From NCBI GenBank assembly GCA_951406725.2, contig OX597819.1:49724001-49788000 (forward strand): 64,000 nt of DNA, read 5' to 3'. The DNA is from Octopus vulgaris. Taxonomy: Eukaryota. Of this stretch, positions 1 to 11,962 are shown in pieces. The translations under genes were made by a program, and so were the position numbers. The notes beneath the pieces were generated by a model that did no database searches, was not told the DNA's origin, and saw nothing but the letters and a program-made list of their open reading frames with translations. Numbering within the stretch: the first letter of the stretch is position 1; each line of letters opens with the position of its first letter.

Positions 1-1236
1 CCTTAGAAAAAGGATTTGGTCATGGATTGGTCATGGCTTGGATGCCTTTAATCTGAGTGACCCTCTGTCTCAACAACATCAACTAAGGTTGTGTCGACAA
101 ATCAGTGTCGGGAAACGAAAAATATCAAAACGAGGTTTCCAAATAACTTATTCAACATCGCAGAAACACTGACTTTTTTTGTATGATCTCACTCGTGCTT
201 CAGAAAAAGTGAAGATCACAAGAGTTTTACACACAGAACCAGAAATATTGATGGATTCGGAATGTGTGTAGAAACAGATTAAATGATTCGAATAAAAGAA
301 ATATAAAGCACTTTTTTTTTTAGATTTTTCCCTCTTCCTCTTTTTTTTTTATATATTTAGTTAAAGAATATTGATGAACAATGGAGTTGGTTTCAAAATA
401 AAAGATTAAAGAGAGAAACGGAAACCCTCATCGTAGCAGTACAATAATAAAACGATTAAAACTCAACGCTGTTTCAGTAAACAGTTGATGAAAGCCAGCG
501 ATATAGCCAGGGTTGAATGATTGGTTAACTAGCTGTAACTGCCAGCCATCAGTAAGAGTGGAGGTAGTGAAATAAACACGCAAAAATATAACAGAACCGT
601 GGGACAGTAAGGGGTAAAAAAAAAGTTTTTTAAATGTCCTAGATTTGTACTAACTATAAATTCAAAGTTAGGCGGAAAATGAAAAGAAAGAAAAAGACAT
701 CAACCACGTTCTGGTAGGTATTACTGAAACAATACTTGGAATAATGTGATGGAATTTCAGCAAACTGATCCTATAGAGACACGATAATACAAAAAAAGTG
801 ATTATATTAACTTTTAACGCTGGCATAATACCTCGCAATTGTAGAAGAGGCACAGAGTCTGTAGATGGAATACCATTTTGGTGGCGTTTCTAAACCAATA
901 GGGATACATTTCGCTCAAAGTTTTCTCAGTCCTATAGCCCCTTCGTTCTTCGCCTGGGCAGTAGCACATTTTGAGAGAGTGTGTGTGTGTGCGCGCGCGC
1001 ACGAGGCGCTGGGAAAGAGGTTATGATTCTTCTTAAAAATAAAATATTTTAATCTGATACGATACTGATATTTAAAAAATATTTTCAAAAATGTGTTTAT
1101 CAGCATTATAATATAAGCAAAATATAGTATTATCAGTGAGAATACACAACTTGTTTCGGGCCGTCTTTTTCTTTAAGTGCTTGTTTTATAAGTAGACATT
1201 TTCTGTGATACCAAACAATTGGTTAGCTTGAGTACG

Positions 1237-1401
1237 ATGTCCCACCCTGCACTTCGCTCTCAGAGGACCAAGGAACCAGAAACAGTAAATCGTAGAACAA
1301 ATTACTTTGTTTTAGTTATGATTTTTCCCGTTCTGACTTCATATCTCGCCAAGATTGACATCGTCTGTGATCATTCCGAGATTGATGGAAATGAGTACCA
1401 A
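1237..1401 (+). other. Speculative pair of 48-nt micro-exons (1237-1284, 1354-1401) of an unknown host gene
   Basis: ATG at 1237; GT donor at 1285; CTGAC branch-like motif at ~1333; AG at 1352-1353; second donor CAA|GTAAGG at 1402; in-frame peptide MSHPALRSQRTKEPET+IDIVCDHSEIDGNEYQ. No homology recognised. Confidence 0.2.
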
Positions 1402-1745
1402 GTAAGGACCGAGTGCAATTGTAATTGACTATACTCGCCCTCGGGTTGTCTGAGAATGAAGTGCAGAGTGGGGCTTCGTACCCGAACCCACCAAAATATT
1501 GGTATATCAGGAGATATCGATATTGAAAAATAGCATTTAAAAAAAAAGGTCTGAAACAAAACCTTTACCCCCCACCCAGTATCCTCACTAATAACACAAT
1601 GTCCTCATTCCTATTGTAATCTCAACAAAGACTTTTTGAAAATGTGTTTGAAATATAAATATTGTACAGTAATCCCTTGACTATTGCGGGTGTTACGTTC
1701 CAAAACCCCACGCGATAGGTGAAAATCTGAAGTAGAAACAATACT

Positions 1746-2023
1746 ATTTACAATTGACAGATATTTGCCCTCATCTTGTTAACACAGCGTTTTGGCTGAT
1801 ATATCCTCCAGCCTTCATCAAGTGTCTTGGGGAAATTTCGAACCTGGGTTCTCATTACTAAGGTATTTTTCGATGTTATTATTATTCAGGTCACTGCCTG
1901 GAATCGAACTCGGAATCTTGGGGGTTAGTAGCCCGCGCTCTTAACCATTACGCCATATGCCCGTGCGCATATCCGTCAAATGTAAATAATGTACATAATT
2001 CCTCATCTTTTAAATATAGAACT
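1746..2023 (-). mobile_element. tRNA-headed, HHR-bearing non-autonomous element, copy 1 (right arm internally deleted)
   Basis: Homologous to 13873-14377; 14-bp TSD GTAGAAACA(A/G)TACT at 1732-1745 and 2024-2037; minus-strand A box TGGCGTAATGG and B box GAGTTCGATTCC; HHR core degenerate in this copy. Confidence 0.75.
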
Positions 2024-2075
2024 GTAGAAACAGTACTGTATATTTGTTTTTTCCATTATTTTTGGGTTCGGCTGC

Positions 2076-2118
2076 TCTGCATTGATAAGGGACAATTACC
2101 CTGAAACTAGTCAGCAGA
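2076..2118 (+). ncRNA. Minimal type I hammerhead-like motif with U3-A8 core, in a PLE-like repeat (~2063-2285)
   Basis: TCTGC-A-TTGATAA-GGG-acaatta-CCC-T-GAAAC-TA-GTC-A-GCAGA: stem I TCTGC/GCAGA, stem II GGG/CCC, palindromic stem III ACTAGT, GUC site. Confidence 0.5.
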
Positions 2119-2659
2119 TGCCTGACCAGCAAGGGGAAGCGACTGACCTCCCCTGTTCGAAGGTTATAATGGACACAGGTTCGTGTGTCACATAGCGAGC
2201 TAGAGGCGATGGCCCCTTGGAGCTAATCAACGGCAACATTTGTCTTATATTTCTGGACTGCCATATTAGCTTGGCGATAACTATTAATAATTTGTATATA
2301 TTTTATCATAAATGCAAAACAACACCACGGAGGAATCGGCTTAAGTTTAAATAATAAGCCGCGATGGGTGAACCGTAATACGGCAAGAGATTACTGTATT
2401 TGATTTAAATATTTTATTACTAAGGAAAAAAAAAATCACTCCCCCGTCTCCACTAGTGTCTTTCCCAGCATGACCCTTGTGAGATCATGACATCCTCTTA
2501 AGTTTGCTACAACCCAAGTGAAGAGCCAATGGGCCTCCCTGTTGGTTTGGTTGCACCATCATAATAGTGTTCAATCTTTAAAAAAAACTTTGAAATTGAA
2601 ATCTAAATAGCAAGGTTGTAGAAATTTACCATACTCTGTTCCTACAGAATCTTCAGCAA

Positions 2660-3110
2660 AGCCATTGAGATGTTTAAGAGACTTGGTCTCCCTAGATGAT
2701 AAAACATATCTGACATCTGGCAGCTGACTTGGTAGACACCCACAAGATATTCCTCCATCTTTCCAGCAACAACCTTGAGCACCTTTTTGTATTCCATATA
2801 TCTAACACTCATGGACATACCCCCCCCCCCCATAAAAAAAAACAACACAGCACATTACTTTCGGATACATTTTTTTCACGCTCACAAATGCTGAATAAAC
2901 TACCCGGATGAATTGCTGACTGTCGAGACACTACATCCTTCAAAACTTCCAATGCTTCCTGAGATTATCCAAGAGTACACCTGATGTATGCCTACTCTAC
3001 TTTTTTTCTTTTTTACCTTACACGATTCGTTCACTTACAGCTTCAGTTTATAAACTTTGGGCTACTTTTTCTGATGAGTTTTAGTACACCTGAGCACTAT
3101 ACAATAAATT

Positions 3111-3112
<2 letters not shown>
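2660..3112 (+). mobile_element. Degenerate CR1/L2-group LINE 3' end
   Basis: Translations LAADLVDTHKI..LEHLF..NTHGH..KKQHS and HFFS..LNKLP..TTSFKT resemble CR1-type ORF2 C-termini; ends with AATAAA before (TA)n. Confidence 0.55.
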
Positions 3113-3157
<45 letters not shown>

Positions 3158-3509
3158 ATATGCAGCGATAGCTGAAATGCGTTTCGTTATAAACCTGTTT
3201 GGGGCAGTGGTTAAACGATAAGAACATGAACAAGGCAACAAAAGAACTTTCAGATGATGACTGCTAGAAACAGCAGGCAAATCTACTTGGAATCACACCC
3301 TTAAACAAAGCTACAGTAGGTAATGTAGTCAAGGAGGTGCCTAAAATAGCGGCATAAATCCTTAAATCCTTAAAAATGTTTTAGCCCGAAGGTCGCGGCC
3401 ATGCTGGGGCACCACCGCTGGGGCATATTCACAAGTTTTCTTAGTCAAGATTAGCCTGGGGCTAAACAACATGAATCTGTTGACTTGATCAAAATGAAAC
3501 AGTGCTGTT

Positions 3510-4072
3510 ATAATGATTTCAAATTTTGGCACAAGGCCAGCAAATTTAGGTGGATAGGGACGTTATTCGAGTACTTCGACCCCAGTGCTCAACTGGTACT
3601 TATTTTATCAACTCTGAAGGGATGAAAGACAAGATCGACCACAATGGAATTTGAACTCAGAACGCACTGGGCCGGAAGAAATGTCAATAAGCATTTTGAC
3701 TGAGCTGACAGAATTGTTCACGCGTCTGAGTTCAAAATACTCCGAGGTCGACTTTGCCTTTCATCCTTTCGGGATCGATGAAATAAAGTACAAGTTGAGC
3801 ACTGGAATCGACTGCACCCCTCCCTCCAAATTTCAGGCCTTGTGCCTTTAGTAGAAAGGATTGTTATTATTTCTAATATCGGGTCAAGGTCTCAAATTTG
3901 GCGGATGAGTCTATTATAGCGATCCAGTGTTTGACTTGTGCTTCATCTTATCAGTTCTGGAAAGATGAAAGGCAAAGTTGACCTCGGCAGGATTTGAACT
4001 TACCGCATAAAGAACCGTAACTAAATAGTATCAGATACATTTTAACTGTTGTTCTAACGATTCTGCCAATCA
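3510..4072. mobile_element. Cluster of three family-A tRNA-SINE fragments in alternating orientation (-,+,-)
   Basis: GAGGTCGACTTTGCCTTTCATCCTTTCGGG core on + at ~3745 and degenerate reverse complements at ~3620 and ~3965. Confidence 0.75.
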
Positions 4073-4934
4073 CCGGTACTATCCAAATAATATTAATTAT
4101 ATTCCGTTGACTAATTGAGTATTTTTATCGTTGGAGGTGGTGGATCATTAATGACAACTTGTTTCCTGGAATAAGCTTACGGAATTACATATTAATTACT
4201 TAATTCAAACGTTAAGCCGGATCGATTAACGATCAGGAAAAGCCAAAGTAGGCTACTTAAATTGGTATCTCATTTACAAACATAATACGATGAATTGTAT
4301 AGTAGTAACAGGAGAGCTATCTTCCCAAGTGTTAGTATTATCCGAATATTATACACAACGCTACAGTCTCCTAAACCTTGTTTGGTGTGTGTGCGTGTGT
4401 TTGAGTAGGAGTTAAAATTATGCCAGCAGAATTTAGCTCAGTGTAACGTCATAATTATACGAACGCTAGCCTGCAATTGAACCAGGTAAAGTTGTTAAAG
4501 CGTCGAGTAGAATACCTCACAGCATTTGTTCGACTCTGTGAGCTGTGAGCTCAAATCCAACCAAAGTCAACTTCACCTTTTATCCTTTCGGCGTTGAGAA
4601 AGCAAGTATCAATGCAGGGCAGTGGATTAGTAGGACAGTTTATGACGTTGAACTGGATGCCTTTGCGGTGTTTATTCCGACTCTTTGCGTTCTAAGTTCA
4701 AATTCCGTCATGGCTTGCTTGGGTGGTAAGTTTAATCTGTCGCCTGAATTAACATAATTATCTGACACCCTGGGTACCTTCAGTACAGTCCTCTTTGTTG
4801 CAAGCATTCGGGGTAGATTTCTGGTTTGAAAATACTTTCCTCTTTCACTCCCTCCCACCTGTTTCAGAAGCCCTATAAAGAGCCATGAACATTGCCTGCT
4901 TTGCTCTCTCATACACACACACACACACACTTTT

Positions 4935-5292
4935 CTTATTTAGTTTAGCTTTTGGTCTTAGGCCATTCTGCAGAACCATCTTAAAGAATTTAGTCAAAAT
5001 GTAATCGACTTCGGTACTTGCTTAAATTTTGGTTATTCTCTCGATCTCTTTTGCGAAACCACAAAGTTACGGGAACGTAAACAAACCAATACCAGTCGTC
5101 AAATGGTGGTGACGGACAAACACATACATACGACGGACTTTTACACAGCCTCAGTCTAGCAAATTTACTCACAAGGAACTGGTCAGTTTGGGGCTAGAGC
5201 TAAAGACACTTGCTCAAGGTACTGCGCAGTGGGGCTGAACACTAACCCACGTAGTTACAAAGTGAGTTTCTTAACCACACAGCTATGCCATA
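4935..5292 (-). mobile_element. Family-B CORE-like tRNA-SINE (diverged)
   Basis: Matches the full copy at 10880-11320 (tail, short microsatellite, core, tRNA head). Confidence 0.75.
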
Positions 5293-5849
5293 TAAGATTA
5301 GATTAAAGCAAATAAAATCCCTAACCCAAGACAAAACTTCTATAATGATTTCCTTTTTCCTCGTTACACTAAAACACAATACACTGCAAGCAAACAGTCT
5401 ATTACTGTTCTCCTTCTCACGACTTGTTTCCCGTAAGTTGAACACATCTGAAATATAGAATCTTTTCATTGATCATCATCTGATGATAATTCTCTAAAAT
5501 TAACATTGCACAATAGTCAAATCAACTTTAGTAGTTTCTCTGAGTCACAAGAGATAATACTGTGTTCACTAACTGTTATTCAACAATAAAACCACATACA
5601 TCTTGCATTGGTTATTCAGAAATACTTTTTGTTTCTATAAAAAAAAAAATATTAATCTAAAATCTCTCATAACCCTCCTTTTCTAGTAAAACTGTTTTTG
5701 CTAATCCCTATTTCTGATATTAATAACAAGGTAACAACGTATAGGCATCAAGCGAGAAATATTGGCAGATCCCTTAAATTATATCCCAGGGAGGCACTTT
5801 GTCAGTTAAGGTATTATCCATGGCACTCTTCTTTCTAGACAATTTTCTC

Positions 5850-7206
5850 TCGCGCGTAGTAACATCTGCGAGCTTGAATCCAACCTGAACCCGCTCATTT
5901 CTCTTTAATAACACGCAAGCTGCACTTCTTGTTCCTATTTAAGGTAATTCCCTCATTGCCTCCAGCCTAACTGCTGAGCAGGCTACATTATAGTCCAATA
6001 GCAATATGAAAGGTGGTTTCTGCCTATGTAGAATTCGCCCTTCCTACTGCGGACATCTTTTACCTGGAGAGTTTCTCAGGTTCGAAGTCTATTCACTTCA
6101 GCACCCTAAACTTATCGGTTACCTCTCTATCGTCTTTCTAGTAATTCTTCGATTATCTCAAGTCTTGGTTATCATTCCCTGAATTTACCATGCTCGGTTA
6201 CTTCACTGTTCACAAACACTATCTCTCCTATTCTTATCACATCGATAATTACTTTCTCAGAAGCTGAAATATTACCATTCTGAACCATCTGCAACTGTTA
6301 GCAGTGCCATTGCTCAGTCATATTCCTCAGCTACAAACAGACATTCTAAGTATTGTTGATTTATTTCTTTATCCAAACCCAGCCTTTATCAAAATATAAA
6401 TGTCTATGAATCTATCAGATTGCCCACCATTAGCCGAATCAAGTTCACCCACCAAACATCCACATGCTGCACCACATTCCATTCTCAAACACTGAGAGCC
6501 AATTTGTTGGAATTCCACCAGTTTTATGTGAACTATCCCAAGCAGCCAATGTGCTTGATACCTGACTCATCCGAAACAGATAACCAGGTGACTGGAACAA
6601 ACCTACTGGTTATGATCCTTCACGTTCATCACCAAGCCCACAAAACCATAAACCTTCAAGTGGCTCACGTTCAGCTGGACTGCAAACAGAACATTAAAAC
6701 TCACTGCAACATCTGCAACAACTTGTCCACCTCTACCACGGGTGTGGTATTTACCCACGATCACGACTGCCATACGAATATCAAATTATGCTTTCGTGCA
6801 TTGCATAACCTAAAACCTCTCCCATCTACCTAACGACAGCCGGCCCTTCTGATTCATCTACCAACTTATGGAATCTTAAGACGATTGTACACCCGAAAAG
6901 AAAGCTTCCACAGTTCTGCCGCATTGTACACTTTCTACAAAACTCCAACAATACTTTCCTTCTCCAATAGTATCACCAACGCGTACAAATACGCGCCACG
7001 TTCGAAAATAATTCCGGAGACTTCAAACAAACAAAGTTACCGACCTTGTTACCCTCCCCCATACTGCACTCCACCGCATTCCAACCGACCTTCATTACCA
7101 GCTCTTGTTCGTGCAAAATTCTTTATTCTTTCTCTCAATAGGAATATATCTCTATATTCTAATTGATGTTGATACATGCTGCTGTGTGTCCCATCCCAAA
7201 AAGTGA
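5850..7206 (+). pseudogene. Highly degenerate LINE ORF2 remnant (APE/linker to start of RT; L2/Jockey-like)
   Basis: Scattered motifs: IVDLFL.PNP (~6350), RANLLEFHQFYVNYP..C (~6495), LSLNRNI..HAAVCPIPK (~7130-7200); many stops and frameshifts. Confidence 0.45.
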
Positions 7207-7577
7207 AATTTTACAACGTTAAAGAGGCTCCGCTTCCGATTTCTTAAAACAGTCAATAAATACCAGAACAATTGCTGTTGTATAAAGCTGTATATAACTG
7301 GTTTCAATTAAATTTTAGCAGTGAAGGCTCATACATTCCAGTAAATATTCCAAGTAGTTACATCCGCCATCGTAACACTAGAAGCAGCCATTTCCCTTTT
7401 CTGTTCCTAAGTATGGGATGGACTATCAATGTTGTTTTGGTTTGAAATTCCAAGATGTTTTAGGTGGTCAACTATGGCTTCATGGTGTGGTTTCTATGTA
7501 TTTTAAAACGTCTAAATGTAAAATTACAGCATGCTCATCATATCACATCCGTTCTGTTGTATAAACAAACATAAAAA

Positions 7578-7965
7578 GCGCAGGCATAGCTAGGTAGTTA
7601 AGAAGTTCGCTTTGCAACCACTTGGTTTCAGGTTCAGTTTCATTGCGCTGCATCTTGTGCAAATATCTTATACTGTAGCCTCGGGATGGCCAATGCCTTG
7701 TCAGCGAATTTGGTACTCAGAAACTGTGTGGAATCCCAGTCATATGTGTGCGTGCGTATCTATATCCTCTGCTTCACTGCTTGACATCTGGTGCTGGCTT
7801 ATTTATATCCCCCGTAACTTAGTGGTTCCTCAGAGAATGATAGAAAAAGTACCAGAATTAATCAGAATAAATAATTACTTGGGTCAGTTTGTTCAACTGA
7901 ACCCTTTAAGGTGGTGTTCCAGCATGGTCACAATCCAACGACAGATACAAGTAAAAGAATAAAAG
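7578..7965 (+). mobile_element. Family-B CORE-like tRNA-SINE (diverged, near full length)
   Basis: Head AGCGCAGGCATAGCT..GGTTCAGTTTC, core TCTTATACTGTAGCCTCGGG, tail ..AAGTAAAAGAATAAAAG. Confidence 0.75.
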
Positions 7966-8174
7966 CATAAAAATCACAATTTATTTTGACTTGCAGAAAC
8001 TGTAGATTAAAGTTCCTCGGAACTTTGAAAAGAAAAAAAAATTCATTTTGACGCTTATTAAGACTGAGCTAAAACAATAAGTACAGTTTACTAATTGCTA
8101 CCATTTTTCACTTCAGGATTCTGATTGTAAATTTCGAATACCTGTGTTCAAGAGGAAACTTAAGTTCAGAGCAA

Positions 8175-8352
8175 AGGTAGTCGATTACGTCGACCCCAGT
8201 TCTCAACTGGTACTTATTTTCATTGACCCCCAAAAGAATTAAAGGTTAAGTCAACCTCGGCGGAATTTGAATTCAGAACGTAAAGACGAACGAAAAATAT
8301 CGCTAAGCATTTCGCCCGGCGTCTTAACGATACTGCCTGCTCGCCGCCTTAA
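8175..8352 (-). mobile_element. Family-A tRNA-SINE
   Basis: Reverse complement of AAGGCGGCGAGC..GTTCTGAATTCAAATTCCGCCGAGGT..AAGTACCAGTT. Confidence 0.85.
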
Positions 8353-9838
8353 AAGCTAATACCTGCGTCAGCTAGGAGATGAATATATTAAGAGAAAATT
8401 TGATCTTATAAGTTTTTGTCCTCGGTATGTCGACACGAATCATTCGTTCAAAAATTATAACCAGCGTATGATTTGATGAACATGTATAAGCATACCGTTA
8501 ATCTAATTACGTAATTTAGTTTAAGAAAAAGAAAAAGACAAAACCTAACCTGAATTTAGTTAAATGAGTTTAAGCTATTAATGTTGGAAAATTTTTCTTA
8601 ATTTAATTAAATCTTTCAAAAGTTTAATTAAAGTAGCTGGCAATGTTGAAAAAAAAAAGCAACAACTTAATTTGTGAAGTTAAAAAGATTGTTACAATCA
8701 ATAGGAGCAAATTTTTGGCATAGAGATAGCGACAACCGCTAAATTAGTCTTGAAGGACGTTGCTGTATATTGTATAGCTAGAGTGGTTTGGTTTGTTTAG
8801 GGGTTCAAGTTAATGTACAGCTAATTGCAAACCGAATCTGATTCTGTAATTGAGAATAATTCACATTGATATAGAAACAGTATACATGTTTGGAAAATAT
8901 GATCAATATTTACAATAGTTCTATAATAGAAGAAAAGGAGGTAAAGATAAAGTGTGTGTGTGTAACGGAATGATTTTGTATTCATAGCCAGTAGCCTTTA
9001 GACTATTCAGTCACTTCATTAAATGCTATTTCCTTTCTCAGTTGTATGAAGAAGATTCGAGAAAATATTAAAAGCTGTAGAGTCGTAAAATACAGCAGAA
9101 AAATATTAAAAACTCTATAGTATTAAAATACGTAGAAAAATTATTCTAAATAATTCTGAACCAATTAATTGAAAGAAAAATTAACAAACCAACTATGATT
9201 ACTATTAAGTTTTAATTGATGTTATCAATTACGGCTTTTTTTTCCTCAAAAAAATCGATTCTCAATTCTCCACGTCTATAATTCTTTAGGCAGTAAAATA
9301 GAATTTTAACACCAAATATTTACAATTTTTTAAAAATTACTGTTTACGAAAAACATGCAACTTTTTTTTCTATTGTTATTACAAGCACACTTGATATAAT
9401 AATGAAGAGAAATAATTAATACTTAACTGAGCATATTTTGCATGTTACTCCTTGTGTTTTTTTCTTTTTTTTTTTAGTAAAAGATATACCGTTAAAAAAT
9501 GTGTATTTCCAAATAGCAGCGAGAAAACTAACCGTCAGTGCTATTTACGATACTTTAAAATGACAATACTCTCTAATTAACAGTGAATAACTATATATAT
9601 ATATATATATACATGTGTGTGTTACTTATAAAGCAGTGCCTTTTACTGCGTTTTCGAAGAGAGTAACAGTTTTCAGCATGTTTTTACATAGACTGGATAT
9701 CGAGCAGTTAACGATGTATCAAGCAGAGCAGATTTAAAATAGCTGTTGAGGGAAGTATCCAATCTGATTGATCCCAATAGACGGAACATATTTTCATCTT
9801 TCGTTAAAGGTAAATCTACTGCAATATCTGCATAGGAT

Positions 9839-10710
9839 AAGGCGACGAGCTGGCAGAATCGTTAGCACGCCGGGCGAAATGCGTAGCCGTATTTCGTCTG
9901 CCGTTACGTTGTGAGTTCAAATTCCGCCGAGGTCGACTTTGCCTTTCATCCTTTCGGGGTCGATAAATTAAGTACCAGTTACGCACTGAGGTCGATGTAA
10001 TCGACTTAATCCGTTTGTCTGTCCTTGTTTGTCCCCTTTATGTTTAGCCCCTTGTGGATAATAAAGAAAGAGAAACGTTAGCACGCCGGGCGAAATGCTT
10101 GGCAGTATTTCGTCTGCCGCTACGTTCTGAGTTCAAATTCTGCCGAGGTCCGCTTTGCCTTTCATCCTTTCGGAGTCGATGAATTAAGTACCAGTTGCGT
10201 ACTGGTGGCGATGTAATCAACTGGCCCATCCCCCAAAATTTCGGGCTTTGTGCCTAGAGTAGAAAAGAACCGTTAGCACGCCGGTCAAAATGTTTTGTAG
10301 CATTTCGTCCGTCTTTACGTACTGAGGTCGATGTAATCAACAACCCCACCCCATAAAATTTCGGGCCTTGTGCCTAGAGTAGAAAAGAACCGTTAGCACG
10401 CCGGTCAAAATGTTTTGTAGCATTTCGTCCGTCTTTACGTACTGAGGTCGATGTAATCAACAACCCCACCCCATAAAATTTCGGGCCTTGTGACTAGAGT
10501 AGAAAAGAACCGTTAGCACGCCGGTCAAAATGTTTTGTGGCATTTCGTCCGTCTTTACGTTCTGAGTTCAAATACTGCTGAGGTCGACTTTGACTATCAT
10601 CTCTTTCGGGGTCGATAAATTAAATACCAGTTGAGTACTGGGGGTTGACCTAATCAACTTTACACTCTCCTCCGAAATTGTTGGCCTTGCGCTAAAATTC
10701 GAAACCAATA
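9839..10710 (+). mobile_element. Tandem array of family-A SINE units, including a 120-bp periodic block (10201-10560)
   Basis: Full copy 9839-10069, head-truncated copy from 10070, then near-identical 120-bp units (compare 10321-10440 with 10441-10560). Confidence 0.9.
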
Positions 10711-10879
10711 TCTTCATGGTATAACACGATGTTTGTCGCTGGTGTAAAAAGAAATGCAATTCCTTAATTCTTGGATTAAAGGACGGTGATTGGTTGAAAT
10801 GTGACAGCAACGCATTAAATAAATGCTTTACATTGTTTACTCTTATATTTGAGTTCAAATTCTACCGAAGCCGACTTGC

Positions 10880-11320
10880 TCTTTTATTCTTTTATTTGTT
10901 TCAGTCACTTGACTGCGGCCGTGCTGGAGCACCGCATTTAGTCGAACAAATCGATCCCAGAACTTATTTTTTGTAAGCCTAGTGCTTATTCTATCGGTCT
11001 CTTTTGCCGAATCGCTATGTTACGGGGACGTAAATGCATCAGCATCGGTTGTCAACACACCAGCATCGGATGGTGAGGAGGGACTAACACAGACACGCAA
11101 ACATACACACACACACACGCACGCACACAATCACACACACACACACATATATAAATATGCGATGGACTTCTTTCAGTTTCCATCTACCAAATCCACTCAC
11201 AAGGCTTTGGTCGGCCCGAGGCTATAGAAGAAGAGACTTGCCCAAGGTGCCACGCAGTGGAACTGAACCCGGAACCATGTAGTTGGTAAGCAAGCTGCTT
11301 ACCACACAGCCACTCCTACT
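10880..11320 (-). mobile_element. Family-B CORE-like tRNA-SINE, full length, with internal (CA)n/(TA)n tract
   Basis: Minus strand: head GGAGTGGCTGTGTGGTAAG..GGTTCAGTTCC; CORE-like ACCTTGGGCAAGT..CTATAGCCTCGGG; microsatellite; 3' tail ..GACTGAAACAAATAAAAGAATAAAA. Confidence 0.9.
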
Positions 11321-11417
11321 GGTAATTTATTCTTTCGGCATCGCTCGAATCAATGTCAAACTTCTTAAAAATACCAAAATATTCGTGACACTGAACTGGT
11401 CATAATTTAATGGGACT

Positions 11418-11640
11418 ACGGTGGTGAGCTGGTAGATTCGTTAGCAGGTCGAGCAAAATACTTAGCGACATTTCGTCCGACTTCACGTTTTGAGTTCAAA
11501 TTCCATCAATGTCGCCTTTCCCTGTCATCCTTCTGGGGTCGATAAAATAAGTTCCAGTTGAGTATTGGGGTCGATATAATCGATTTAATCCCTCCCTCAA
11601 AATTGCTGGCCTTGTGCCAAAATTTGAAATCATTATTTAA
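11418..11640 (+). mobile_element. Family-A tRNA-SINE (variant tail)
   Basis: GGTGGTGAGCTGGTAGATTCGTTAGC..GAGTTCAAATTCC..GGCCTTGTGCCAAAATTTGAAA. Confidence 0.8.
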
Positions 11641-11962
11641 TTGAACTTATAATGATGCCATCGGCATCGGACTGCTGAGAGTTAAGTGTCTTGGCCAATG
11701 GTACAAGACAGCGTCACTTTTGGATGCTGCCCCTGATACTCTGGGTGGGTGTCCTTACACATTCTCGAGACTGTCCCGCTCCAGCTCAAACATTTTAAAT
11801 CATTTTTATAACGTTCGTGCTTTTAAATAGAGTGGGTTGGTTTTAACCATGGACCGAAATTGCACTGCGGATGTTCGTCTCTGAAAGAGGCGTCTACTTC
11901 TTGCTTTACGAGGGCACATCTACTACGCTTACGTTAACCTTTTTTTTTTTTTTTTGACACAA

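Larger units (their letters stand above)
1667..2396. mobile_element. pogo/Tigger-type (Tc1/mariner superfamily) MITE containing nested insertions
   Basis: Imperfect TIRs CAGTAATCCCTTG..TATTGCGG / CCGTAATA..CAAGAGATTACTG flanked by TA at 1665-1666 and 2397-2398. Confidence 0.65.

Noticed and set aside
8117-8175. Possible exon after a TTTTTCACTTCAG acceptor
   Set aside because: No credible donor before the SINE and no recognisable peptide.
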